Part shown: positions 40,593-57,051 of the stretch, in pieces | Numbering within the stretch: position 1 is the first letter of the stretch | Layout of the letters: every line of letters begins with the position of its first letter | From: Zygnema circumcarinatum SAG 698-1b | Taxonomy: Eukaryota > Plantae > Zygnematophyceae | NCBI GenBank assembly: GCA_037447605.1 | Contig: CM074814.1 | Coordinates: forward strand, 1,612,001-1,676,000 | Length of the DNA stretch: 64,000 bases | Direction of reading: 5' to 3' | Notes under the pieces: generated by a model | What the model was told of the DNA's origin: nothing | Seen by the model: the letters and a program-made list of their open reading frames with translations, nothing else | Databases searched by the model: none | Translations under genes and position numbers: made by a program

Positions 40593-41231
40593 TGACATAT
40601 CCAGACTCTTGTGTTCAAAACAGATATCTAAAACCCGTACCCTCCGTCACCAAAACTTCAATGTTCCACCGAGCAGAGCAAAATGTAGACCGTAACAAAG
40701 GTGTCAAACAACTAACTCAAGAACAGGGCAGCCAAATTTCCCTTAAGCCTTCGAAATTTGACATTGAAATGTAGGAGAATTAGAATGGAAGAGCAAAGAT
40801 GGCCTACTTCTGGCACTGAGGTACTTTTTGTCCTGTTGCTTAAAGTAGAAGCTCCGATGGTCCAGCGATTTGTGGTAGTTTTTGGCATACACTTCCGCCC
40901 ACACTTTGTTCATGTCCTCGCGGCAGCGGCCCCACTCGTCCTGTTTCTGCCGCAGGCGCTGCAATATGACGGGCAGGGCCACGGCGGGGTTCTTCTTCAG
41001 CAGCTCCTGAATGTCCAGCCCATGGTCGCCATATATGCGCTCTACACAGCGGAGATTGATGGCTGTAAAGCGATCCACAGAGGGAGAGAGAGACAGAGAG
41101 AGGGAGAGGGAGGGAGGGACGGAGGGAGGGAGAGAGAGAGAGCGCGGGAGAGGGAGGGAGGGGGAGAGAGAGAGGGAGAGAGAGAGAGAGAGGGGGAGAG
41201 AGAGAGAGAGGGGGAGAGAGAGAGAGAGGGG

Positions 41232-41268
<37 letters not shown>

Positions 41269-44200
41269 AAGAGAGAGATTAGCAGGGCTCGAAAGATTGC
41301 TCCCCATTGAACGAAAAGGAAGCATCAGCAATCGGGAACTTTTCAGAGAAAACGATATCGAAAGAAAACAAGCAGTTTAAAGGGCTCCTTCACAGTTTTG
41401 ATTTAGGGCTCTGTGAAGACGATTGGAGCGGCCCAAAGTCATGAATGGATGGATCACAGATTGCAGGATATTTTGGCGAGTGAATATGCATAAGGGCCAA
41501 CAAATGGAGGGCAAAGTGCGTGGCAGGAACTTACGGCCCAAGTCTTCAACCTTTGTAAAGGCCGACGGTTTTCCCTCCTTGTCCTTTTCCCTATGTAAAT
41601 TCTCCACTAGCTCGTGCACGCGCTTAGCAGTCACAACAGTGGATTCTAAAAGCATATCCAATTCAAACCTGCATGCAAAACCCCCAAGAAGAATGTTTAG
41701 TCTCCAGCATAGGAAATTAAACACAGATTCGAAAGACTATCTTTTCGAGAAGGTTTCATGCCAATAAACTCAAGCCGATGAGGTGCTTTTTCATACGTAT
41801 TTTCTAAAGCATGACGCACTTACAATCAGCTTTGCATGCAAGTACTTGAAAAGACTTTCACTGAGATGCGATGAAAGATAACCATCCGTGCCAACTATAT
41901 ACAACACAACTACAACTACTTCAATCTTCTTCACAACAACTTCTTCTACTTCATTTTAGCACTTTCAACATGACAATGAGTGAGCTTCCAAAACAATTGC
42001 CCTTTGCAAGTCACCACATTGCTCCACTCACTACCAGCAAGAAAAATTTTGTCATCAAAAGGCACTGCACAAAAGCAAATTTGCTGACTTTCGTAACGCG
42101 AATCTCCTCACAACATGAAGACAATCAATCGACCCTCTGCCATGTAGCAAAAGGAAAAAAAAAGTCGCTGTTCTTAAAATGCAGAAAGCAGAAACCACCA
42201 ATAGGGTTGCTTGTGTTGGACTATCACCTATCATCTTCACAGCGGAAGAGGCTCTCTTCGTACTGGTTTTTGCGCATGTGCTTGAAGGAATAGTCCTCGC
42301 TGCCGGACGTGACGGATACCCAGTTGTCATTCAGTACCTTGTTGCCGATCTCCGTGCGATGGTTGGAGACCATTCGAGGGTACTGCATCTCACAAACATA
42401 TCAAAACAGGGCAAGTCAAGCAAGATAAATCAAGTTATAAGCATGAAAGGTACAAATGAAGGTATACAATTCAGCTAGAAAACGAAACTACCGAGGATGC
42501 AAGTTCATCACCTGCACATTGAAAGTTTCTTTCTGCATCAGGAACAACAAATACTGATCACATGCAATTCTAAAGAACCTCCCAAAGGCCGCTTCAGACT
42601 CTACGAATGAGAACGTACACTCTTTGGAAGCAGGCGATAGCTTGGGGTGCATTTTTCAGAATTGGAGAGGTCCAACTCCGAGATTGGCTTGTTGACCATC
42701 TTCTCCTTAGCAGTCATTCCTGCTCTGTGAGGAGGCTCCCTTGGAGGGGGCAGCATGCTCTTGTCACGATCACGGTCACGGTCACGGTCACGGTCACGGT
42801 CACGGTCACGGTCGCGGTCACGGTCACGGTCACGATTTCGGTCGAGGTCCCGAGCCCGCTCCTTCTCAACTTCCTTCTCTTGCTTCTTCTTTTGTGGGGT
42901 TTCACCAGCTTCACTTTCTGATTAACACACAAAGTCAGCGTCAGAATTTTATCTCAAGAACAACAATTTCCAAACTTTTTTGGAAATAAAGAAATGTATG
43001 TCAAACTCACAAGCTTTTTCACTAGCAGATAGCAGAGCCTCCTTGCATGCAAACATGAAAGGAAGCAGACAGACATGCGCATAGAAACTAAATAAGGAGG
43101 TTTGATAAGCAAATGCTCAAAGACAAAGCTGCAATCACTTACCTTTCACTAGGAAGGGCATAAGGGCCGCAATGTGCTCAGTAATACTACCTGCCATACA
43201 CAACAAAAATTAAACCATGTATTCAGCAGTTAGAATAGCTCCTCAGCTGCCAAGAAACAGTTCTTTACGATGATTTCCAGCCGTATTGAGCAGCATGTCA
43301 GCTCCTAACATGAGCTGGTGGTAGCCCCTAGAGGAGGAATGCATATCGAACACAGTTCTGGCATTCAATGGGCCGAGAGAACAAAAGATCATGACGATTT
43401 TCGAGGCATATTAGGGTACAATGTATGTAGTGTTCCATTTAATGACGTGCTGAACAGAGAGACAAATGATAATCCCATTAAAACTGACATAGTTCCAAAG
43501 CCTGCTGCACAAGAGAAAGTGAGAAGCCAAATCAGCTATACTATTGGATAATACTTACCGGGACTTTGTTCCCATCTCGCCCAGATTTCATTGAAACTCT
43601 CCATGAGATCCTGATGTTTTCCCAAAGCATCTTTCGCCTGCATGCCAAGAAATTTCAGCATCCGTTCTGATCAAGAAAATCCATTCTCAAACAAAGGTGC
43701 AAAGTACCCTAACAGCGGTCAGATTATGACTAAGTTTTACCAGCGAAGACTTTAAGCAAAATGACATCAGCAGAAAAGCCACTCTCCATGAACAATAGAC
43801 AACCACATTGTCTCCCCCTCCCTCACGTACGGAAAGAGAACGGCTGGATATGGCCCTTTCCTCAGATTCAGACCTCCCTTTCTTCATAATGAAGCCTCAT
43901 TCTGGACACAGGCAACTTCTTGGCCAGTGGGTTGTCACTTTGCCGATAAAGGCTCCCATCCTAACTACCTTCTCTCCTTTTCGTCATGGCTTCATGGATG
44001 AGGGCAACATCCATTCGTGGGCTAGGCCTCAATTGCAACGAATTTCTGCACTAAACATGAGTGAGAGCATGGACCAAGAAGAGTTAAAACACACCTCATC
44101 CTGCACATCCATCTTGCTAAGAACGCCATCGCCGACCATTTGGAGAACCTTCACAAATTCAGCCCATGCCTCCTTGTTGCGAAGCCTAGCTTTCGCCTTC

Positions 44201-47200
44201 TCAAAGAAACTGAGGTCTTTCTGCACATTGGGAGCTGCATCACAGTAAACAATAGAAAACGACCGAGCTCACAGTGTAATTAGAATTGAGAATACACCAA
44301 ACCCAATAAGCCAGGGTGTAGCAAGCACTGTATTCAGCACTAGATTGGGACAGGAATCACCACAGCCTGGCAAGGCCAAACATGTGGAACATCGGTTTGT
44401 CATCTGACCAACCAGGGCATCGATTGAATGAGGCAGTATATCTCTATAAGCGAAACAAAGAACAGATTTGAACAGATTTGCAAGCTTGCACACAGGTAAA
44501 AAAGAAGGAGAAATGCACAAAGAAGCATACCTTTGAGGGGCTTCCTGTCATCCCCAACAGACCCTGCTTGTGCATCTAGAGAAGGTAGATCCCTCCCTTC
44601 CACGTGCTGCTTAATCAACACATCGGCACGACGGGCTGAACTACGTTTTGTTGGTCGCAAGGCAGCCTCTGCATCTTGATGTGCATCTGTATCCCTCTCC
44701 TTTTCCTCCTTCTCCTCCTTTTTCGATTTCTCCTCTTTGGGTTTCTCTTCCTTCTCTTCCTTGAATTCCTTCTCTTTCTCCCTATACTTCTCCTTCTCCT
44801 TGACTTTCTCAAAGACTTTCCTTTCCTCAGCTTCTGGCTTGCCTTTCTCTGTCTCGCGTTCTGTTGCCGCATCGGTAGTGATAGCTGCACTCAGCTTCTC
44901 CTTCTGCTAGAAAAAGACTGAATGGCTTTGTCAGAAGAATTCGCGTGCGGCGTAACTTTGTACACAATTTATAAGGAGCCACAATAATCTCTATACAAGG
45001 TTGCTCCAATGTCTGACGCGAAAAAGGGAATCATCTTCAGACACAATAACAATCTGTCGTAGATGGCAATCATCTCCATGCAGCATATGATGAAGATCAC
45101 AATCAGAAGTGAACTGGATATGACTGATCCTCAAGGACAATGTCATACCTTCATTGTCTTGTCTGCAGGAGGAGGACGACCAGCAGGACCCATCGGAGCA
45201 ACTTTGTCTGAAGACTGCTGCCTTGAAGCAGCAGTCTGTGCCGCCCGAGAAGCCTGCTGCTGCACGGGGGGATGAGTGTGGTCCGGGAGAAAGAAGGTGA
45301 ACTCGTCAAGCAGGTCTTGATGCTTTTCGAAAAGCTTTGCCACCTGCATTCAACCTGAAATTCAGTATCTTTCCAGAAAAGGACATGCTGCTAGCCATAC
45401 CAACAATACCAACAGTAAAGAGCAACACCAAAAAGGCACAGCCTGCCACTCCATAAAGTTGTCCTTCCGATATAGGAAGTTATTGATATTCAGGCCATTG
45501 GCGCCGATTGGGCAATAGTTTAGCTCCTGTACCTCGCGATAAACATCAGTGATACTCTTGTTCCCCTTTCGATACATGTTGAGAACCTCCAGAAATGCTT
45601 TATAGACCTGTTCCTCGTTCTGAAACCGGGTCTGCACAGAGACGTGCGTTTTAAACAAGTAAACAAAAAATGACTTTCCTGCATTCCAAATCGCTGTCAG
45701 CCTGCCTGTCACAGAAGGTCAACCCCAGAGGCAAAACATAATTGATAACTGACAGCTTTCTTAACGTCCCTCTACACCTCAGGACGATAAAAACCGCCCA
45801 AGGTTTCTAACCACATTGTCAAACAGCTCATTGAATCTTCAACTAAGTCTCCTCCTCTCAAAACTCTGTCCCTGCAGGTGCCCTTCACCTATCTCGCCTT
45901 ACCACCCTCCTCTCCTCTTCCCTTTCCCCTCTTTTCTCTCCTTCCCTTCCTATTGCTCCGCTTCTGCTTCCTGTCTGTCCCCCCCTCTCCCCTTTCCCCT
46001 CTTTCCTCTACCTCCCTTCTTATCCCTTCACTTCTGCTTCATACCTGTCCTCCCCTCTCCCCTTTTCCCTTTTTTCTCTCATTGCTTCGAATTCCTTCAC
46101 TTCTGCTTCCTATCTGCCCTCCCCTTTTCCCTTTCCTCTCTTTTCTCTCCCTCCCTTCCTATCCCTTCACTTCTGCTTCACACCTGTCCTCATTCTCTCC
46201 TCGTTCTCTTTTTTTCTCTCCTTCCCTTCTAATTCCTTCACTTCTGCTTCCTATCTGCCCTCCCCTCTCCCTTTTCCCCTTGTTTTCTCTCCATTCCCTC
46301 CTAGTCCTTCGCTTCTGCTACCTATCTGTCTTCCCTTCTCTCCTTTCCCCTCTTTCCTCTCCCTCCATTCCTATTCTCCCAGTAAGCTTCCTATCTATCC
46401 TCGCTTCCCTACTCTCCTCCCCTTTACCCACTCTCCCTCGTCAAGAAGTAAAACTAGATAAGGTAACTTTGGAATCGCCTGTTCCAGCCGTTCGACGAAG
46501 TTGTCGGCAAGACTCCTACCTTGATCTTGTTGACATAGTTGATGGCCTGGTCAAATTCAACTGGCTGCTTCTTTGGCGGTTCTTCAGGTGGCATTGTGAT
46601 TTCATAGCCCTCTGGCAGAAAGGTATTAAACCCAAGAATAAGCTGCCGATGGCCTTTAAAAAGCTCCTTCACCCGGGCTATGACGCCGGCAGTATCTATC
46701 CTGCAGACAGAAACATAGCTACTGAGCACCCTTGAACTCAAATCTTAGCATTTTCCCCAGCCTCAGGATGACACTTGAGGATGCAACAAAGCATGCGGGT
46801 TCCAGAACGCCTCATCCTCGCCTTCCAAGCCCGTGCGCGCCTTCCACGCCCATTTTACCTTCTATATGCGAGTCAATCGCTTCACCCTACTGTAAACCTG
46901 AACTACAAAGAGAAAGAAAGTAAAGAGACAGCCAGTACTCACCTCTGCGCTTTGAAGTCCTTCATGCACTCCAGAAACTCCTCATACTTCTCTTTGTCAT
47001 CCTTAAATTTCTCCTTCACAGCTTTCAAATAGGCTAAGGCATCATCGGTTGTCAGCCGCTGAGTGCCCGCCTGTGTCGGCTGAGGTCCGGGAGACTCAGA
47101 CCTGCAAGCAAAACCCTCGGAATATCAGCCAAATATCATAAACAGCGAGCTTTACCGATCCCACCCACCGTAAGACCTCACAATAACTGCAGCTTGAACG

Positions 47201-47283
47201 ATTACGTACGTTTCTCCTCTCCCAGTGTTAACAGGCCGCTTCTGGGATGGCCCAGCACCACTATCATCCCTGTTGCGCTTCAT
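36672..47283 (-). CDS. SIN3: SIN3-like paired amphipathic helix co-repressor
   Basis: MKRNRDD start; PAH1 ([32 protein letters not shown]); PAH2 ([27 protein letters not shown]); PAH3; HDAC-interaction domain ([48 protein letters not shown]); C-terminal [28 protein letters not shown] and [11 protein letters not shown]. Confidence 0.96.
45890..46440. repeat. 70-bp pyrimidine-rich minisatellite in a SIN3 intron
   Basis: CTTCTGCTTC core recurs near 45961, 46031, 46100, 46170, 46241 and 46312. Confidence 0.85.
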
Positions 47284-48017
47284 ATTTACAGGTGCAAAGA
47301 AGGGAACAGAGTCAGAAGGAGAAGTCTAGCTCCCCCGCGGACGAGGGGGCCAAAGCTTTCAGGCTGCACGAAACCTTGCGTCCGCCATGACTTCTTCCTG
47401 GCTCCAGCCTCCGCCTGCAAGATTGCCGCCAGCGGAAGAGGAGAGAGTGCGAAGGAGGAACGGGCAGAAGTCCGCTGGAGGAGGAAGGGAGGGAGGGTGA
47501 AGGAGAGAGTGATGGGCTGTTGGCAGCGCGTTGGAACGAGAGGCGCTTTTCGCTATGCAGGGCTGGGACGGTCCGGGCAGCCAAAACAAACGTTTTGAAT
47601 GGAATTAGTTTTGTTTCGGTCAGCCTTCAGTTTGGTTTGTGGGGGATTTCAGTACGGGAAACTAAAACGAATGACGTCATTCAGATCAAAAGTCAAAATG
47701 AGATCGGTCTATCGGCGGACACGTGGCCGCCTGCGCACCTCAAAGTTGACCTCTGATTCGTCGGTTGGCGACGGAAAATCGCGCAAACTGGGTATTTAGA
47801 GCAATTATGACGTCATAACACGTCATAAAGTTCGAAACTTTTGACAATCCAGTTCGACGGGAGGCGGCTTTCTATTGGAGCTGCTGCATGATATTTCTCC
47901 TGCCCATTCTCGGAGCAAGAATGTTCTTAAACTGCCCGGATCCCTGGTACGTGCCTGTTGAGTGGGCTGCCCCCTCCATCTCCCCCCCCTGAAGGCTCGA
48001 GCTTCAATTTGGAATCC
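47284..48017. promoter_or_regulatory. Divergent SIN3/HisRS intergenic region with bZIP-type ACGT sites
   Basis: Head-to-head ATGs ~735 bp apart. 14-bp palindromes GAATGACGTCATTC (47669-47682) and TTATGACGTCATAA (47805-47818); G-box CACGTG at 47720-47725. Confidence 0.6.
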
Positions 48018-51000
48018 ATGGCTGCCAGCTGCGCGCAAGTGGCGGCAGCAGCGGCGGCTTCAGCGACAGCTTCTTTAACTTTAATCCATCGGCTAGGGCA
48101 GTCTGAAGGGGCACTTCGTCCTTCTAATGGAGTTAGGTCTCGCCTCAGTTGCGTCTGGCGCTGTGCTGGTTTGTCAAGTCTATCCGCTTCAGTAGCCCTT
48201 CGCGATAGTGTTTGCAGCACAAGCATTCATCACTACGAGCTTGTGAGAGATGCAATTCCTTGGACATTCCGGGAAAGGCAGAAGAAGGCATTGCATTTGG
48301 GCTCCTTGAGGCTGGTGGTGCGGGCAACCAGCACACAAGAGGGAGTTAGAGGCCCTGCAGCTGCAGGCCCTCCTCCTTCACGTTCTTCTGATATGGTGGA
48401 CGTGAATCCTCCCAGAGGCACTCGGGATTTTCCTCCTGAAGAGATGCGATTGCAGACTTGGCTGTTTTCTAGCTTTCGTGAGGTACGGCCTAAAGAAGAA
48501 CAGCGGATACGTCAGGTCGTTTCAGACACGCCGACGGATGATCGGTTTCAGTCGTTGTATTTCTATCCTTTTTTCTTATCTTGTTCATCACATTCTCTTT
48601 TACATTCCATGCCAACCACGTTTTGGCAGTTTCTTTTACTTCTTCAGTTTCTTTTTCTACTTTTGTATTGTAACTTGCTATTCCGTCAGAGGTTTTGTGC
48701 CATTGTTTCAGGCGTAATCATCATCGTGTGCGTTTCAAAGCAATTTCTGACGGTGTTCACAAGAAAATTAGATTTTGAATCCGTCAAACCTTGGGCATTG
48801 CAGGTCTCCCGGCTTTTTGGCTTTGAAGAGGTGGATTTTCCCGTCTTGGAATCGGAGGAGCTTTTCGTTCGGAAGGCAGGAGAAGAGATAACACAGCAGG
48901 TGAGCGGCCTTGTCTCCCAACCTTTGCGAGCCCATTATTCAATACCATTATAGACCTTGTCTATTTTGGGCATGCAGCGAACGTCTAGAAGCATAACTCG
49001 GATGCTTATTCTTTAAGTCATGGCATAGATAGGATGTCGGGAAACTCATAAGAACGTGCTGGTTTACTTGTTTTTTCTTATCTGCCTTACAAGTGTTCGT
49101 ATTGTTCGCCTGTTTGGCGGGTGCTTCAGGGGCTTAACAGGTGGCTGCTACTGAGGGGAAATTTGGCTGCAGCTCTACAATTTTGAGGACAAGGGCGGTC
49201 GGAAAGTCACTCTTCGGCCAGAATTGACACCTTCCTTGGCACGACTTGTATTGCAGAAGGGGTGCGTGGGGCACTGATCCTGTATTTTACCTACTTTTGT
49301 ATTCATTGCCCCTGAGTAACGAACCGTGCGAGAGGATTGATCAGTTTTTTCTGTCTTTCAGGAAATCTATCTCACCTCCACTGAAATGGTTTGCAATTGG
49401 ACAATGCTGGAGATATGAACGCATGACGAGGGGAAGGAGGCGTGAGCATTTCCAATGGAATATGGATATTCTTGGGGTAGCTGGGGTGGAGGTGAGTGGA
49501 GATCCTCCACCTGGGCATTTTTCTTTGACTGGTTATGATCACGTTCCAAGTCAGGCCATCCTTTTTTGTGTTTTGAACTGCGTCAATAGAATAATGCATG
49601 TGATGCTTGGATTGGTGGGAGGACAGGCCGAAGCAGAGCTGCTCTCAGCTATTGTGACGTTTTTTTCACGACTAGGATTGACATCGGCTGATGTTGGGAT
49701 CCGTGTGTCTAACCGGAAGGTGAAGCGATGATGTTTCTCATTTAGTAGAGTATCCTGTATGAACTTGTAACGTGGGCTGGCTGCAGTTATTGAGAAACTG
49801 AATTGACTTGATTTTCTAAGGATGAGTTTTTTAGGAGTAAATCTTTCTGCAAGGACAGGCTTTCTATACATTGGGGCAACTTTTAAGAGAGCCGCATGAT
49901 TATGACTTGTTAGTTGGAAACTTGGTCAATCATGCAGGTCTTGCAGGCCTTGCTCAGCCGTCATGATGTACCTTCCGAAGCGTTTGCTTCAGTGTGTGTT
50001 ATTGTGGATAAGGTGAGTCTATGCTAGATGGAAATCTTTGGCCGACCCTACTCCAGAGGATAATGCTGGAAATTCTAAATATATACAGGAAGATATACGC
50101 ACTAGTTGCAGTTTCTGGCATGCATTCCGGCGCACATGGTGGCCTAAAGTTATTAGCCTCGATGTAGGAGGCATTTTGGCTCATGTTGTTTGGTCCGAAG
50201 AAGCTATCAATGAGTAGACTTGAGTCAATGCTTGTCGGTCACTTCAATGTTTGAGCACCACTTGGAGGGATGCAGATTGAAAAGATACCTCGGGAAGATG
50301 TTGAACGAGAGCTGGCAGCCATCGGCCTTTCTGTAGAGGCTATTGATGGCATTCTTGGAGTTATGTCAGTGCGTTCACTGGATGAATTGAAAAGTAAGCT
50401 GTTTTCCTTTTTGTTTGGGAAAAGAGTGTCAACGCAGATGTTTCGCTCCTTGAGTCTTTTATGGATCTGGTAATCAAATTGGACGAGCTATCTGGTTCCA
50501 ATGCGCTGCTAACCATACTGACAGTGTCAAGGCTGCCTTAGTTTGCCAAAACATGTTTATACATTCATTTTAAGGTTTTTTGTGACAAACGGTCTTTTGG
50601 GCACAGTGCAGGTTTAGTTGGGGACAGCATTGAAGCCCTTGGAGAGCTGCAACAACTCTTTCACCTTGCAGATGCCTACGGCATTTCTAATTGGCTTGTC
50701 TTTGATGCTTCAGTCGTGAGAGGGCTGGCATACTACACTGGCACAGTTTTTGAGGTATGGCACTTCCATGAGGCCAACAGACTCGAATAGCACATTTGCA
50801 AGTACTTAATACGCCTCGTTGTGTATGTGGAAAGCAGTTTGCTCAGCACTGATGTGTGTGCATCTCTATACAGAAAGTGACAAGAAGTATAATTGGTGAA
50901 TGATAGCCGGTACTTGACATTGTGCTAATTGCAGGCATTTGACCGTGAGGGAAAGCTGCGTGCCATTTGTGGAGGAGGCCGATATGACCGCCTTCTATCC

Positions 51001-52013
51001 ACGTTTGGGGGAATTGACACGCCTGCTTGCGGCTTCGGGTTTGGTGATGCAGTCATTGTTGAGGTACGTATGGGGGTCGGCCTCTCTTCAACTTACAAAA
51101 GAAGCTCTTAATTTGCAAGGTGAATGTGCTGAAAATATCCAGTTAACTTGAGTCCTTCCCGATCTCGCTCTCCCAGCCCTAACTGATCCGTTTCTTGTTC
51201 CACTTTATGAACTGCTTTTGCACCACGCTTGTCAGTAACGCCATAGTTGCAAGATGTAGGCTGATTTAAACCCATTGCAGTATCGCTTTTCAGTCAAAAG
51301 TATTGTTGCGCTATAAGTTTGACTGAACAAGTGTTTGACATTTTGAAATATACTGATTTTGTGGAACACTTGATTGCAGCTTTTGAAGGAGAAAGGTCTG
51401 CTACCAAAGTTTCCCCACACAATAGATGACATCGTGGTGCCATTGGATGAAGAGCTCAGGCCCCAAGCAACGGCACTTGCAAGCCGTCTTCGAAGTGCAG
51501 GCCGAGCAGTTGACCTTGTTCTGGAAAGCAAACGACTCAAGTGGTACTCCACTGATCGTACCCGCAGTCATGACCTGGAAATTCTTCACGTCAGCAATGG
51601 ATATTTACGATCGTGTGGATGAATCTCATTGTTCTGGCATTTAAGTGGCGGTGTCTGATGCTTTCACTCTTGCTGCATGTTCCCTAGAAATTCCCCATAG
51701 TATGATAGGGGTAGCTCAGATGATGTTGGAGAAATGAACGCATGTCCTTGGAACTGCATGCAAGGTGTGGAATGTGTCTGTTAAATCTTGTCCTTTCGTG
51801 CTGCGGATGAAGGTAGTCTTTCATTTCTTGGTATAGAAAAATGATTTTTGGTGGTGGAATATTGGTTATGGCAGGGCCTTCAAGCAGGCTGAGCGAGTAG
51901 GGGCGGGCCGCATGATCATGTTGGGCTCCGCGGAGTGGGAGCGTCAGACTGTGAAGGTCAAGGACCTGGCCACGAGAGAAGAGTCAGAAGTTCCCTACGC
52001 TGAGGTCGCTTGA
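48018..52013 (+). CDS. HRS1: Histidine-tRNA ligase, organellar (chloroplast/mitochondrial) type with transit peptide
   Basis: Ala/Ser/Arg-rich N-terminal extension; [78 protein letters not shown]; stop at 52011-52013. Confidence 0.95.
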
Positions 52014-52434
52014 TGCCGTTACTTGTGCTATGACTAAGTCAGAGAAGTCGATAGTTACCTCACATGGAAGTCCTCGCCTCAGTTTTTCCTTTACTGCTGC
52101 CGTAAGGCTTTTGGTCCTTTCTGGTTTAGTTCGTAGTTTTTGGTCCCAAGTGGTCGACTATATTGTAGAGCATGGTTTAGAGCAACTTCTGGGGTCATTC
52201 GCTGTTGCGAAACGATCTTTGTAGCAGAGGAAGGTCCCTCTTTGAAAGTCCTCTTTGTTCTTTCTGTGTGAGAAGCATTGATGGTGGTGTTCCATATCCA
52301 TTCCTTCATGTGTAAACGTGCAAGGAATTCCAACTTCAGTATTGTCGCAACCACGCAATGTAATATCTATTTGAACCACAATCCTTCAGTTAGAACGCTG
52401 CCCCTTGGCCAGTCTCACCATACTCCATGGATTT

Positions 52435-52520
52435 TCCTGTTCTTCGTGGTTCCCCATGCTACTTTCGTCCATGCACATTTAATGGCCTCGCCATCGTGAC
52501 TTCAATGCCATTTTCCCCCA
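52435..52520 (-). repeat. Dispersed repeat, copy 3 of 3
   Basis: Reverse complement reads GGCATTGAAGTCACGATGGCGAGGCCATTAAAT...GGGGAACCACGAAG. Confidence 0.75.
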
Positions 52521-52731
52521 TTATTTTCCTTCCTTCTTTCTGCACATGCCAACCTTGGCCGTTCATGTTTCCGCGTCCCCGGACAGGGGCCGTCCCCATG
52601 CGAACCATATTCAGCATCCCCCAATGAAACCCCGCCACGTGTAAAAATCGCCTACGTGACGAGTTCCCATTCGTCGCATCGCTGTATTTCTCCAATGCCA
52701 AAAAGGTTCCCCCACGACTCGTGATGAATTA

Positions 52732-53081
52732 GTTACGATTATATATTATATATTATATTATACAACTGTGACGAATAGATAACGGCTGATATATATTAAT
52801 TTACAACGCCTTTACAACATGTACGGTCATACGGTCGTACGACTGTACGGTATTATGCGGCCCGAGCACGAGCAGACAGAAAAAACCAGACGAACGCATT
52901 TCGCAACGCCAACGCCAAAACGACCTAATTTTGGTATGGTACGACCGTACGACCGTACGAGTACGGTCGTTAATTGTTCAAAACGAGTGGGTATAATATA
53001 TGTAATAAAGTGTTTTACTTTGTAATATATTACTAATTTTAAACCCGTTGTAAATTATATAATATATTCGGAATTTATAAC
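52732..53081. mobile_element. AT-rich fold-back (MITE-like) element
   Basis: Imperfect inverted ends (ATATATTA..AATTTACAACG vs CGTTGTAAATTATATAATATAT) and inverted internal TACGGTCGTAC/GTACGACCGTA clusters. Composition differs from the flanks. No TSD identified. Confidence 0.45.
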
Positions 53082-53578
53082 GCGGGCCATCCCTACCCAC
53101 GAGCGGCCAATGAGCCCTGGCCTTCGCCGGCCTTTCGTCACGGAACTTTAACCGAAACTGGAACTGGAACTGATACTGGAACTCGAACTGCCGGGACTGA
53201 ACGTTAGGACGAACGCATGGAACTCAGCGGTTTGGCGGAGGCCGGAGGCAGGCAGGCCGGAGGGACCGGGGAGGGTGGGTGAGGGCGAACGAGGGAGGGT
53301 AGAGGGAGGAAGGGAGGGAGCATGACGATCATGGAAGGCGCATGTGAGGGCCGGCAGGCGCTGTAGATGCGGGGGCCTACTGCACCCGTGCATGTCTGGA
53401 CTGGAAGAGCCGATCGCCAGTTGTACAGGGCGGCTTGCTGCAGGAGTTGAGGGAAGGGCCGGGTACAGAGGCAGGGAAGCAGGATTGGTTTGAGGCAGTT
53501 TTAGGGTTGAGGCTATTGATCTCGGGGTTTTCTGTATTGCATTTAGACGACTTTGCGGAGGAAGAAGAGCTTTCTTGA

Positions 53579-55778
<2,200 letters not shown>

Positions 55779-57051
55779 GCCTCTGTTCCGCCAAAACTTT
55801 ACCACGTCCGTATATCTTACAAGTTGCTACGTGATGATTGGGTCTGTTGGGTTACGGTTAGAGCCCTTGTAGGTTTGAGATGCTCTTTTTTTGAGCCTGG
55901 GATAGGTCACTATGAAACGCACAAAGCTGCGTATATGCTCTGCTCCGCAGGTAGCCATTCATCGCGTCCGCCTGGAGAGCTTGTCTCGGGCTCGTTTGGG
56001 CGTATTGCTTACTGCCAGTTCGACAATTTTTTGGCTTATAAAGTAGAGCTGGTTGTAGCGCAGCAGCTCTGCTTCACACGTAGCTTTTTGCTTTTAGGGT
56101 TTCCATGTATGGCCTTCGTGCTTGATCGGTTTCCTTTCTAAACCCTCATGGTGGCGGCTGCAGGCCCTGGAAGTCAATCCTAAGAGTGCAGCGCCTTGTC
56201 ATCAACTGTCAGTCTCCTGAAGTGTATGAGCGTCTTCCAGTACCTGACAGGGCTGGGAACTCAAGAGTGCACTTATAGGGCTGATGAAACTCAAACTGGT
56301 GACAGCAATGTGTAATCTTATTTGCCCTGAAATTTTGTATGTAAATCTCCAGTGGCCTGCTTGCACTGGGAGTCTGGGACGGTCTCGGGTTTTGTTGGCT
56401 ACATGTAACCAGATAATAAGGCCAGGCGAACCCTCATACTGCACGCAAAGATCAACGATCTTCTCTTAGAACACAGGCCCTTGGAGGAGGCAGCACCCTA
56501 AGGGGTTAGCAAACATTCCAACTTACTATGATTATGATCCAAAATTCAAAATTGGAGTACGAGAAGTTCTGGATTCCCAAATTTTGAATTCTTGGTTTGT
56601 GGCATGGGCTGCGGCATTCATGGGTTGTGGATTCGGTGATACAATCTCGACTTTGCAAAGGGCCAAAAAGGTGTTATAGGGTCTCCACTGTTGGCGAGGA
56701 CCACCGTTCTGCATACGCACAGTGGTCTCAGAGGGTACGAATGTCACCCTGCAAGTTGTCGAGAGGCCCAGCGTCCATCCGGCATATATACCAAAGTCCG
56801 CATACCGCTACCATTCTACCGCTACCGAATCTGCTTAATATCGCAATTTCGAACCTTACCAAACCTGAGAAGGTCTCAAAATTCGCGAGAGCCCAACCCG
56901 AGCGGAATACTTAAGCCTCCACAATTTCGTACGATTTTCGGAATTTGGAGGCTCCAAGAGACGAGTTTGCCAAAATAAATAAATAAAATTAAAATGATTA
57001 AGCAGCAGTGCGACCAGAAGCGAGCACGGAACTCGAGCAACAATTATTACT

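Noticed and set aside
42764-42836. (CACGGT)n repeat giving an (HG)n peptide
   Set aside because: It is the antisense of an exonic Arg-Asp repeat in SIN3.
45816-46735. Hydrophobic Leu/Pro/Ser/Phe ORFs resembling membrane proteins
   Set aside because: Antisense translation of a 70-bp pyrimidine minisatellite in a SIN3 intron.
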